A DNA stretch of 62,926 bases, filler included, from Reticulomyxa filosa (Eukaryota; Protista; Foraminifera), in the NCBI GenBank assembly GCA_000512085.1. It is 7 parts of 7 records of this genome, joined end to end, with 100 filler letters (N's around TTAATTAATTAA, not from the genome) between each part and the next. Parts side by side here need not be neighbours in the genome. Positions count along the whole stretch, not along the records: positions 1 to 28,795 come from ASPP01002892.1; positions 28,896 to 44,830 come from ASPP01021901.1; 5 more parts are not named here. One strand, given 5' to 3'. This document shows, piece by piece, positions 26,781 through 39,041 of this stretch (positions are counted from its first letter, which is position 1; each line of letters starts with the position of its first letter). The position numbers and the translations under genes were made by a program. Below the pieces are notes generated by a model, which was not told the origin of the DNA, made no database searches, and worked only from the letters and a program-made list of their open reading frames with translations.

Positions 26781-28209
26781 TTACCAATAATCACAATCTA
26801 TGTCAATATTCTCATAATCTGTCGGTATATCTGACAAAACATCAAAATAATCTTTTTCTAAAAATTTCAAATCTTCACGAGCTTCAAGAAATTCTGTTTC
26901 TTCCATTTTCTCTTGAACATACCAATGAACAAAAGCTCGTTGTGAATACAGATAATCAAATTTCTCTACAATTCTTTTGTTAAACATTCGATAAATAGCA
27001 GTATTATTAGCAATAATAACAGTATTCTTGTTCCATGCACCAATATCATCTACTTCCAAGGTAGCAGCAGGGATTTGATCTAAATTCATTTTACATCCAG
27101 TTGGGCACCATTCTACCAAAGAAATTTTGTTATTTATTTTAAGCCAAATATATTCAGCGTTTGCTTCTTTAGATTTAACATCTCCACGAAAATTAAGATA
27201 AAAGGCCATATATTTGTCTTCTGCTGGATCAAAATTAGTATATTGGACAAGCCAATTGGATGGTTTAAAGCATTGATCAACAATATCTTGTAAAGTGTAT
27301 GAAATGTTGGATAAATGTGTTTTAGGTACAATTGGACTCATTCCTGTAGTCAAAAAATGTAATCGTTGAAAAGCAACCAAGGAGGTCGAATATTCATCCA
27401 GATAAACATTCAATTCTGCTCTAAATCGAAGAGAAGTAGTCATTGAAGATATCACTTTTGAAATTAAACGGTTCAAGTTATTTATGTCAGGTTTTGTAAT
27501 AAACAGCTTGTTTTGACAAAGACCATAAATAGCTTCGTTATCTAATACTAAAGATATATCAGTATGATCTATTAACCAATGTGTTGCTAGCAATGCATTG
27601 TAAGGCTCAGTAACACAAGTAGATAGTGTTGGTGATGGATATATATCAAATCCTATTTTTTCTTTTTTTTTATAATCTACTGCAAGATGTTCTAAAATCA
27701 ATGAACTCAAACCAGATCCTGTCCCTCCTCCAACGCTATGAACAATCATAAATCCCATTAAATAGTCAAAATGTTCTATTCTTTTTCGTATCTTGTCATT
27801 TACTTTGTCGATTATTTGTCCCCCAATTGAATAAAATCCCCGTGCAAAGTTATTTGCAGCATCTTCTTTTCCAGACAATAAAAACTCACGAGAAAATAAT
27901 GCTGCAAATGGTCCATTTATCACATTGTCAATTACACTAGGTTCTAAATCTATCTTTATTATTATTATTTTTTTTTTTAAATCTCTCTATTGTGTTAAAA
28001 ATATCGATTTTTTAAACTGCCAAGTTTCGTGGTATAAAATGACCATCGTTGGTTTCTTCAAAGAATACTGTGACTAAATCATCTCTTGACTTTTCATCTT
28101 TTCTTTTGCCCGTGTTATCAATATCATGTTCTGCACAATATTGCTCCCATATTGCATTTCCAAGTTGAATGCCTGCTTGACCAATTTCTATTGTTAGTAC
28201 ATCTGGCAT
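26781..28209 (-). CDS. TUBA: Highly divergent alpha-tubulin (one intron, about 27954-28017)
   Basis: GQAGIQLGNAIWEQYCAEH, PRNLA/DLEP, SGKEDAANNFARG, HSVGGGTGSG, EPYNALL, LDNEAIY, VEWCPTG and RAFVHWYV are alpha-type signatures. Confidence 0.93.
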
Positions 28210-28670
28210 TTTCTCTAAAAATGAACAAATTTACTTTTTGTTTAAATCTTCCAAAATTGCTAGGGCAATCTTTTTGTAGTCAAAAAAACGCTTCAATTAA
28301 AGTATACGTTATTTTAAAAAAATTTATTATCATTGGACAGTATCAATTTTTTTTTTAGTTTTTTGTTCAAAAAATTAGGCATTAAAGTCCGCTTTTTACA
28401 CGTTTACTTGAAATATTGTCTGTATTTTACTTACCTTTTTTTTATATACAGTAGAAAACAAAAATGAAAACAATGAATTTCATAATTTAAATCAAATTGA
28501 AAATCTTTGATGGATAGTAAAAACAATGATTCACCATTTAATACCACTGAAAAAATCTTTGGAACCAATTCGAAACAGAATGGAAAAAAATGGAAACAAA
28601 CATTTCTGAAACAGTAATAAAGTCGATGCCAAAGAGAATACATGAAGTTAAAAAAGCCAAAGGAGATATA

Positions 28671-28795
28671 CAGTAGGTTGCAAAGAAAACTGAACGCCTA
28701 AACGATATCTTATGATGATAATTGATTTTCTCAATGAAAAATCAACATTTAGACCTAATTTTTTAAAAAAAAAATATCTACAAGTCTTGTAGTTT
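28671..28795 (+). mobile_element. Putative Tc1/mariner-like transposon or MITE terminus, copy 1
   Basis: TA|CAGTAGGTTGCAAAGAAAACTGAACGCCTAAA...GATTTTCTCAATGAAAAAT...ACCTAATTTTT is shared with copies at 50675 and 59671, and runs into a contig gap. Confidence 0.6.
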
Positions 28796-28895
28796 NNNNN
28801 NNNNNNNNNNNNNNNNNNNNNNNNNNNNNNNNNNNNNNNTTAATTAATTAANNNNNNNNNNNNNNNNNNNNNNNNNNNNNNNNNNNNNNNNNNNN
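28796..28895. other. Assembly spacer (N-run with TTAATTAATTAA six-frame stop linker)
   Basis: The same 100-bp structure recurs six times in the window. Confidence 0.98.
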
Positions 28896-28963
28896 TGGTC
28901 ATGGTGGTCATGGTGGTCATGGTGGTCATGCTCATGGTGGTCATGATCATGGTGGTCATGATG
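28896..28963 (-). repeat. Coding His/Asp repeat (about 9-bp unit, HHD)n
   Basis: The plus strand reads (tggtcatgg)n; truncated by the gap. Confidence 0.85.
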
Positions 28964-31899
28964 TGCAAAATGAGTCAACGAACAAATGTTTGGCGAAATG
29001 GTTGTTCCTTCTGCATATCGATTGTCTCCCATAAGACGATATGTCCCTGGTCCGAATGACACTTGTCCAAAAATGCTCAATGATACGTATTCACACTGGC
29101 CTGGAGCCACTGACACTTGCCAAAGCCACAAGTCGAACAAATCTCCGACAAACCCGTTTGGTATCATTTCGTTGGTAAACTCACTCACCAATCCTTTTTC
29201 TTCGCATCGGCAAGGTACTTGGATCCAAAGCTCTGCCAAGGCTACTGGCAGTGGACTTGGATTACAACTTGCTGGTGGGTTCATTGCTATCGTTTTGTTA
29301 TTTTTTTTTTTTGTGCAAATTACAAAAATGTAGACTCCATACGTCTCTCACAATTAGCAAGCTTTTTAAGCAAAATGTGACTCTCTTCAAAAGTCAATCT
29401 TCATTTTTTTTTGGGAAAAAAAAAAACCAACTTACCAGCAGTGCAAACTTTGTATATGATCGTGGTTTCTCCAGTTGCATTGTCATAGTTTGAGTTGAAA
29501 AAGTCGAGTGACCATTCAGAATTAGTTGGACTGCATTGCATACGATGGGAAGGACATGGCACTCGATCTGCTGGAGGGCATACACCTTTTTTTTTTTATT
29601 TAATCATTCACAACAAGGTCATTTGCACAAAAGATGGCTGCCTCCGACTCCTTCTCTCTCTCTCTCTCTCTCTTCACAAAATAAAACAAACAAAACAAAA
29701 AGAGCTGGTTACCTTGCATTGTGGGTGGTAATGTAAGTGGAAGAGACGGAGGCAAAACGATGCTCGGGGTTGGAGCTGGAAACGAGCCAGGAGTAGGAGG
29801 GAACACTACACCACCGCTTGGAGGAGCAGTTACACCAGGAGTTGGAGGCAGCACTACAGGTGGAGTTGGAGGCCATACAACACTGCGGGTCGGAGCGACC
29901 GAAAAGGCTCCACTTGGAGGAATGGTGAAAGGAGGTGTTGGAGGAATGGTGAAAGGAGGCGTTGGATGCATTGTGAGAGGTGGAGTTGGAGGTAACGTGA
30001 GCGGTATAGTTGGGGGCAACGTAAGAGGTTGAGTCGGAGGCAATGTAAGAGGTGGAGTTGGAGGCAATGTAAGAGGTTGAGTCGGAGGCAATGTCATAGG
30101 TGGAGTTGGAGGTAGCGTAAGCGGTTGCGTTGGAGGCAGTGTCAAAGGTGGAGTTGGAGGCAAGGTAAGAGAATGGGTTGGAGGCAGTGTAAGCGGTTGA
30201 GTTGGAGGCAAAGTAAGAGGTGGAGTCGGCGGTAGTGTAAGTGGTTGGGTTGGAGGCAATGTCATAGGTGGAGTTGGAGGCAGCGTAAGTGGATGGGTTG
30301 GAGGAAGTGTAAGTGGTTGCGTTGGAGGCAGTGTCAGCGGCGGAGTTGGAGGCAGCGTAAGAGGAGCAGTTGGTGGCAATGTAAAAGGTGGGGTTGGAGG
30401 CTGTACATGTCCTGTCATTTGTGTTTATTTTATTCATTTTTTTTTTGTTTGTTTGTTTTCTCGTTTGCAAACAGTGAGACAAAAGAAAGTGTTAAAACTT
30501 ACCCACACATTGGAAGGTGATGACACCAGAGCCATAGAAAGATCCATGGTATTGCAAGCTTTTCGTTACTCCACGTGCAAAAATGACAGGTACTTGCACA
30601 AGAGGTAGTGTGGTATCAAAGTCAAACGAAAAGTATCTATTGTCATTGATTTGGACTGGCCGAACCATAGTGATCGTAGTGCTCGGGCCAGATTCAACGA
30701 CTTTACTGAACAATAATGAGCTCGGTAACATGACACCAAGGCTGTCATGTCCGAGCTTGTACTCTTTAAATCTGTTATTCACAGATATGTTCTGGAGCGG
30801 TTGGTAGATCATTGCATATGTCCCATCCATCACAATACTGCCGAAACCCATGCCAAACCATACATCGGCCATTTGCGTCCCTCGATACATCAGCATAATT
30901 TCCACAGTTGTCTGATGTACATCAATTTTTAGCAGATTGATATCTGCTTCCATCAACAATTGTGGCACAGCTTTCCAAATAACAGGCTCTACAGTTTTGT
31001 TTGTCCATGTGTTTTCATCAAATAGAGAGAAAAAAAAAAAAAAAAAAAGGATCAATTTTTGTTGTCGTTGTTATTAAATTAATCCATTTGTATTACAAAC
31101 CACTTTTGTCAGAGATAGACGCTTTCGCAAAGGCATGAAGCAGACTGGAAAATGCACATCCGGACATTATTGTGTCTTGCAATTGTGGAGGGCCACTACA
31201 ATCGGCAGTAACAAACTGATTCCTCGAAAATTCTCCTGCGCCATAGGAAAACGAGTAATGATCAATGCAAAGTGTCTCGTCTTTTGCTAAGTGATACTTA
31301 TACGTAACCGCACCATTGTCGTCACACACTCCATTTTGGCTTGACGCTGTCACGTTAATGTCATACTGGCACTGGTAATACGCATCACAGTTGCAATTTG
31401 TCGATGGCACTGATCGCTCAAACGTTGTCGGGTCGCAGTTCGGGCCTTTTTTTTTTTTTTTTTTATAAACATGCCAAAAGTGCATACATTTTTTTTTTAC
31501 GATAGGGACGAAGTTTTTTGCAGCTCATTTTTTTTTTTTTTTTGTGGGTTGTCCATAAGCAAGTCATGCAACAAAGGAGGGGGGGAGCATAATCTGCGGA
31601 AAAGGAGAAAAGGGGAAAAGTGCATGGCAATTACCCGAGTAGTAGTTAAAGTATGCATGCCCGTTGCTGTCGCAAGTGGCACGGAACCACTCTTCGCGAA
31701 CTGTAATGACGTCGCCATTTGGGGGCAGCACTTGTTTTACGTAGTTACATTGGTTTAGTGCAAATGGCAACTTTTCAGTTGGGTGATAGGCATAGCCACA
31801 CGCCTGACTTCGGATCACAGAAGGATAGTACAACACCAACAACAACAAGGATTCCAAAAAGAGTCCTTGCGCTCGAGTCATTAGTGATTGTTTATTCAT
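28896..31899 (-). CDS. Secreted modular protein: Cys-rich domain, DOMON domain, Pro/Thr 8-aa repeats, second Cys-containing domain, His/Asp-rich repeat; 3' end lost in gap
   Basis: Signal peptide LFLESLLLLVLYYPSVIRSQAC; DOMON VWFGMGFGSIVMDGTYAMIY...TMVRP...VIFARG...LQYHG; PPTxPLTL repeats; exon 29433-29585 reads GVCPPADRVPCPSHRMQCSP...; the last exon ends HHDHHDHDHHEHDHHD. The introns checked are phase-consistent. Confidence 0.8.
29720..30400 (-). repeat. 24-bp coding tandem repeat, about 28 units of PPTxPLTL
   Basis: About 20 well-conserved and 8 degenerate octapeptide units in ORF 29600-30418, with extensive synonymous variation. Confidence 0.92.
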
Positions 31900-33758
31900 T
31901 TAATTGTTTACTTTTTTTTTCTTCCAAATTTTTTCCTTCTATAAACACAAAAAAACGATAATATAAACAAAACGGATTTCACAGTTTCTAAAGAAAGGGA
32001 GAAAGAACAAAAAAAGTTCTAACTTCAAGAAGTGCTCTTTATACAACGTTATAAGTTCTTGCTTGCTGCCTTAAAAATAACTGCTAATTGTGCTTACAAG
32101 TATGAGTTACCATAGCATTCACGTTTAAAATCAAGTTATAACTTCTTTTGATAAAATTAACAATTAAACAAAAATAGGTGAAATTTTCAAAGCGATGTTG
32201 TAGTTATGTACAATATTGCAAAATAATTTACTTGGTAAAAAGAAGTTGGTAGTTTTAATTTAAAAAATGGTATCTGAAAACAAGCAGTTCTTATGCATTT
32301 TTATTCAAAGTATTATCTTCAGTAAATTAAAAGTGAACTTGGACATAAATAATTTTTATTATTTGTTTCCAAATACTTCGTAAAAAATTTTTAGTCTCTT
32401 TGTCGCCATGACTGCCATAAGAATTACAATATTACAGGATAAAATCTAACAACAAACGGCTCACAAGTTATGATGTCGCGTTTGACTTTTTTCTTGTGTA
32501 GGACAAGGCCCTACTAATTGCAAGAGAAGTTTTACTCGGAACAAGGGAAGGTTTCCTTCAAAAAACAACCTTCGTTCTTCTGTAACTTTTCTGTTTTCTT
32601 AGTCTTATCAGTGTGTCATTTTTTATTATTTAAATACTTTTGTTCTCTTTCCTGAACATTTATTCAATAACAACTTTCGTATTACATTTAGTGCTGCCTC
32701 TGCACACTTCACGCTTGTTTTTTTCTCATTTATCAGGATAATCATCAACATTCAACTATCTTTAGAATTAAGCCTGAAATGAATGAAAAAAATGCAATCA
32801 ACTTTAGATTATTTTAACTGTAGTCGTTTTTACTTTTAATATTATTTCATTGTGATAATATAAATCAATGATGTACTCTTTCAATGCATCACTGTATTTG
32901 ATAATTTTTTCTAAAGCTTCACTTCAGAACAGAAATGGAAGTAGATAACATTCTGTGAAAAAAAAAGCAAAATCACTAAAAAATGTTTGTATTGATTGTA
33001 TATGGTAACTGACATAAAATAAGTTGACTAGCTTTTTGCCTTTGGGTTTGGAAAACAAAAAGTTGTAATTTTCAAACTGTTTGCTAATGTTAGTACTCAT
33101 TGAAACTTCTTACTGCTTTGGAGATTATAAGTGCTTTGTATGTTTGCTCAGCCTGATATCAAATCTTTGTTTTGTACAGTTTGAGAAGTTTCTTTTTGTT
33201 ATTTGTGTACAAGTTTTTATATCATATAGATTTAAAAACAGTACGAACAAGTTGCAGTATTTATGAAAAATGAAAAAATGCTTGCAATCAAAGATTTTTT
33301 TTTGTGAAAAAATTGTAGAATTTTCGCAAAAAAAAAAACTTTGTTGTGTATTTTGAAATTTATTAAATGTTTTTTTGAATAAATGTATAAAAAAAACGAA
33401 AATTTTTTGTGAATTTTCGAAGGATGGATAACAGTATTTCAAAAGCACGCAAATAAACTATAAAAAGATTTTTGTATGAAACGTATATATAATCGTAAAG
33501 GAAATGCAGAAGCAGAGAAGAGAGAACATGAATACGACAATATTAAAAGATCCATGATCGAATATTTTGCAGCTAAATAAATAATCAATATTAAACAGTG
33601 AAGTAACTGGTACATTTAATGATTTTCTATTATATTTATAAGAAAACTTTTAAATGAGCTGCTAAATTATAAAATTTTGTTTTTTTGACAGATAATTAAT
33701 TGAAGAAAACTGACAAAACACGCCATGTTGCAAATATGATAAATTGAGTATTGAAACG

Positions 33759-35012
33759 CTAAGACTGCCAAGACTCTAGCACATCCAGATCAAAAATATG
33801 TTTTCCTTCATTAACATAATTGAACCACTTTAATGGCTCCTTTCCTCGAAGTTGTACCTTTCCGCTATTGAGCTCTTCAATAGAAATCCAGCACGCGCCA
33901 ATGCTTTCATAATTTGGAATCGATTTTGGAGCGCGAACAATGTCATTGTCAATTTTACTTTCCGCTTCATTAGTGTTTTGTTTACTGTTTTGGAATGGCT
34001 CTGCATAAAAGATAACACGTACACGATTATAGCGTTTTTCCATTTGTTGTGCATTGATGGCACAAAACTCAACACTTAGTATTCCTTTCAAACGGATGTC
34101 GATCCCTGCCTCTTCCATCGTCTCACGAAGCGCAGCAGAGCACACATCTTCGCCGGGGTCCACTCTTCCAGCAGGCAGCCAAAATCCACATTCTCCATAC
34201 TCTTGTACCATTAAGTACTTGTTATCAGTGGCCCTTCTCACCACTACCAATGCAAATACATAGCTATTCGTTCCGAAGTCATATTCGGGCACGTGATCAG
34301 GGGGTCCATGCACGTTGTGTAAGTGTACCTGAAAGGGCCTCCGGTCGCGGCTTTGAGAATCTTTTGATTTGATACATATCGGACACTTTACATTCAATGA
34401 ATTTGGAGCGCCAATATGATACAATGGACAATGCGTCCACAAACTATGCTGTGTCAATCCCTTTATAAAACATTTTGGGTATGGACATGCAAAAGTTGAT
34501 TCCGAATTCTCCTATGTATATGTACACGTATACATGTATTTATATTTAACAAAAAAAAAACAATTAAGTACATTTGATTGTGTAATCTGTTTTTTAATTT
34601 CAGCAATGGATTCACATGTGGTGACAAAGGCATGTGAATCAGATGTTATCATGTTGGCTCCTAAGTCTGTGCACTCTTGTCGGAACAAAGGACTTTCAAA
34701 AGCGTTTTTATGGTATACTACGGTGAAGATAGTATTCTTCTTTTCGATATTATACCTGATGACTGCTGGTAACAACGCTTTCATCTGGTCTTGCAACAAT
34801 AACTCATAAAAAACAACAATGTCATAAATTTTCCATTCACTACTTTCCAACTTGTTTGAGTAGGGAATCAAAGTAATCTTTGCTGCGAGTGCCAATGAAG
34901 TTTCTTTCGGCACAAGTGAATGCAAAGGAAATCTATCATCACTTTCATAGGGATGGATAATCCCAATTTGACAGAGCCCAGATAATGAAGAAATGGAATT
35001 ATCTGTTGCCAT
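33759..35012 (-). CDS. Nudix hydrolase (NUDT18-like) fused to a Di19-like double zinc finger and an N-terminal domain
   Basis: Nudix box GRVDPGEDVCSAALRETMEEAG preceded by YLMVQE...FWLPA; CPYPKC...LWTHCPLYH...CPIC...HLHNVH zinc-finger pattern; one intron near 34512-34568. Confidence 0.88.
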
Positions 35013-35374
35013 CTTTTCAAAGTTGAACTGTTGAAAAACCAGGGGAGGAATTAACCAAAACTCAAGGTCACTGTTTTGTGCTTATAACTTTGATTGAGAT
35101 TTTGGCAAACCTATCTGAAAAAATTACATTCTTAACATATTTTTTTTAAGAAGATAAGACAAAGTTATATGATGAATAAATTTTTTTTTAGAACGACACA
35201 TAAAACAACATCTATTCAATAGTTTTAGAACCTCATTCTGAAATACTTTGTAACACTCATTACCAAAAAAAGAACTTTGCACAGAAATGAAATGTTGTTT
35301 TTTTTCATGAATTTCAATTGAAATATTGAGAAAAGTATTGAGCTGTTTTATTACATCATTTGAAATATTTTTTA

Positions 35375-35852
35375 TTATTTGTTGGCTTCGAAAGCGGACC
35401 CAACCACAACTGTCCATGGCCTGATGTTATATTTGATCACTAATCCGTTCTTGACATAAGGATCATTCTCTGCAAATTCTTTCACTTCTGCTTCGCTTTT
35501 ACACCGGAAACAATCAATGCTCCATCAACATTATTATCGGCCCATGCACCACCAAGCAGAAGTTTCTTTTCCTTTACGTACTTGTTCGCGTATGCTAAAT
35601 GTGCTTGTCGATGAGGAACACGCTTTTCCAATATGTTGTCCACGTAGCCATAGAATAATGCATAGTACTTATTTTCATTTTGTGTGCTTGCCAAACATCT
35701 TCTCACATTATAAACGTTTGACAAACAGCTTCTTTTCAAAAGTACATGTCTAATGTATCGATCAGTACAGCCCACAACAGAGGGATTTTGTCAAGATGGT
35801 GTGTCTTAAGGTAAGAATTGTACCTGGAGATTTTCATAAATGAAGCGGACAT
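35375..35852 (-). CDS. YciI-family protein with probable mitochondrial transit peptide (apparent 1-nt frameshift)
   Basis: YYALFYGYVDNILEKRVPHRQAHLAY...LLLGGA...DGALIV; adding one T near 35508 continues FRCKSEAEVKEFAENDPYVKNGLV...IRPWTVVVG, the YciI HxxH/DPY pattern. The N-terminus is Arg/Ser-rich. Confidence 0.85.
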
Positions 35853-36432
35853 TTCGATAAGTATAATCAATTATCAAAAATTTCAGTTTTTGCAGACTTT
35901 TTGAAATGAGACCATTTTAAAAATACATTATTTTATAAAATGTTTTTTAATATATTTTTGTTCAAATCTAATTTTCTTTAAATCCAAGCAAATATATTTT
36001 TGTTTAGAAGTGTTATTTTTTTGTGCAAAATACTTTATTAAAAAATGTTTACAAGTTTTTAATGCTTATTTCACTAATCAATAGTTCAAGAAAAAGATCA
36101 GTTTAGAAGTTGAACTTTTTTTCAATATAAAAAAAGAGATTTACTGGGAATAATAGAGACAAATGTATCACATTTGAATTCTTCGTTATGGTCACTTTGT
36201 GATGAAGAAATAAATATGAAGTTTATAAAAACGTTATGAAGGAACATTTTCACCACAAAAATTATGCTGTAAAAAAAATCTTGTTGAATAGTTTGTTGAT
36301 GCACAACGTACTACAAATAGGTTAAGACAAAAAAAAATAGCGAAAGAAAGATATAGACTCTTTCCGTCCTTCGAAGAAAGGGAAAACAAACACGACTTTT
36401 GTTTTCCTCCTCTCTGGCAAGAAAAAAAAAAA

Positions 36433-37096
36433 TCAATGACCAGAATGTTCATTTAGCAGTTCCATATCATCATCAGGTAGAGTTTCTTCATCATAATCCC
36501 TTTCAATATCAATTTTTTTGTCAACAAAATGATCTCCAGTGACATGTGAAATAGCGCTGGTAAGGTTTCCCATTTGTCCCAAATGATAAACCGTGGCAGC
36601 TGAAAGACTCAACAACAATGCATTTAAGTACCAAACATAAGGTCCCCATGACTCAATATTCCACAGCACGAATACAACTATCAAATTTAATGGGATTCGG
36701 AAGATATTCATCACAGTGGCCCGAATCTGTCAAACAACAAAAAAGAAAGGTTGAACAAATGGAGTATGAAAAACAGTCTAAAAATTATTTCGAACGAGGC
36801 ATGCATGGACCAGATAAACAAGCAACAATCAGCACAAAACTTCATCTTGTACATATCGGCCGCGCAACACTCCGACAGTCGGAAACCACAAGCCAACAAA
36901 AAACTCAAATATAAAAAAGCTGAGTAATCGAATCTCATAGCTATTGGCCATGACAATGAACATGCAAACGGCTGTACACACGAACAATACCAACAACAAA
37001 ACCAGCTACATATTTTGGACATATATACAGCATATGCTTATATTTTGCATGCTATATTACAAACATATACATATATGTATATATAATATGCACGAA

Positions 37097-37129
<33 letters not shown>

Positions 37130-38545
37130 GAGTGTGTGGAAAATGACCTGATCCAACACAAAGTATCAAACAGATATATTCCGCGGACCAATTCAATCGT
37201 TTGGTCAAACCTCCATAGACGTCATTACCGATCAAACAACACAACATGAAATTTGCAAATATCCATCCGTGATCAACCCTCGATCGATCACCGGACACTT
37301 TTTCCAAGCTGGGACTCCACATGAATACAACTGTATTTTTATTTAATTTCGATGGGCGTTCATTGTTTCCCAACATAATAAAAAAAAAAAAATGAATGAA
37401 TAAATAAATAAACTTACTTATTTTGTATACAATATATACATGTACATATATATGCATATGTATATAACTTACACAAATACATAGAGCTTTCAAATCCACT
37501 TTGAATGACACCTAACAAAAAAATTTTTTTATCAGTGCGAAAGGCTTTGATGGATTTGGCAATGGTGTCGGAGACATTGGAAGTGACATCGCCATAGTTT
37601 TCCTCCCATTGATTCCAAATCAAAACCATTGCGACTATCAATGCCAAGCTGCTGCAGTCGAACGCCGCTACCTCTGGCGGCGTGCCACCAAATATATTGT
37701 ATTGCGAGTATATGTGCACCGCCGTGGAGGTGATCACCCCTGCCAACACTGCCACGATTGAATTCCAGCCCCACGCCAATTGAAATGTGTCACTTAACAA
37801 GCCCGAAGGAAAATGGCACAAGTGATGATGAGTTACCATGTACGACTCAAAGCCTGAAAATAATATCGCCGTCGACACTCCACCTAGAAATCTTTTTTTT
37901 TTTTTTTTTTTTTTTTTTTGAGAGAGGAAAGTACAACAATACGTATACTTTTTTTGTTGCGTTTATTTGTTTGAAAGAGGATATTAAAAAAAAAAAAAAA
38001 AACAAACGCAAGACCTTCCCAGCATAAGCACACGAAAGTCAGAATAATGTTTGGTGATGCAAGCAATCATGTAAAAAATGCAAAATGAAATGCATGTGAG
38101 CCTGCGTCCGAATCGATCTGTTAATCCGCCAACAATTATTCCAAATACACCTGCCGTTCCAAATCCAACCACAAACAATAGTGCTATTGCTTCTTGAGGA
38201 TATCCATACGAGTGATATAATTGATACACGTATGGCCCCTTTATTTGTTTAAGTTTTTGTTTTTGCTTTTTTTTTTGGGAGGGGGGAGAAAAAGGGGGAT
38301 TGCTGTTTCGTGCCCTTTATGAACGGAACAAATCATACTTGCATCCAATCTGCTAACATTACCATCAAAAATATTACCACATATGAGCCTTGAAACTGAT
38401 AGAATTTTTTTGTGGTTTCTGCGTTGTTATTTACCGTTTTCTTTTCGAGAAAAAGATTCCAGCCTAATCTACTCTTCAGATAGAGCACTACCAAAAATAA
38501 CACTAAAAAGTGAATATGGTGCTCACGCAAAAGATCAAAGTTCAT
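36433..38545 (-). CDS. MFSD5: MFSD5/MOT2-type molybdate-anion transporter (MFS), multi-exon
   Basis: FQGSYVVIFLMVMLADWMQGPYVYQLYHSYGY, LFVVGFG, GGLTDRFGRR, GRFLGGVSTAILFSGFES, WEENYG, IQSGFESSMY, FMWSP, HGWIFANFM, MNIFRIPLN. Confidence 0.9.
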
Positions 38546-39041
38546 TTCCACTTCGACAATTATGACGTGACAACAGCAATTTTTTCCATAATTCAGGGGA
38601 TAACATCAAACCGCTTTCTGCGGTTTTTTTTTTGAGTGCATCAAGTTTAAAATAACTCACGTGACGAACAAGATTAGTTATTTACCGTCAGAAAAATAAG
38701 ACGTAGAAAAATATCTTAATTACAATTTCAAATTTGTTCGATCCAACATAATAAAGAATGGATTATTTACTAAACCCGAACTTTATACATCCATGCAGTT
38801 GTAATAAAACGAGGTATCAATTACAGGTGAAAATAAAAACGCAGACAAATTTGATTGCTATATTGAACAGAGGTAGGAAAAGCGAGGAAAGACTTTTTGA
38901 AATTTTCTGCACACTGAATCAAATCGATTATACCCTCCCCTTTTTGTTTCATAAATCCAAATTCCACTTTTTGCACACAAAAAAAAACACACCTATCTCA
39001 CAACAAACAACCTCTTCAAAACACATTTTATAAGGTTTTAT

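Noticed and set aside
29709-30520. Gly-rich and Ser/Asn-rich alternative-frame ORFs and a possible CRISPR-like array
   Set aside because: By-products of the 24-bp coding repeat; there are no unique spacers or cas genes, and the context is eukaryotic.
31960-33750. Long AT-rich intergenic stretch checked for RNA genes or repeats
   Set aside because: No tRNA, rRNA or repeat structure recognisable by eye.
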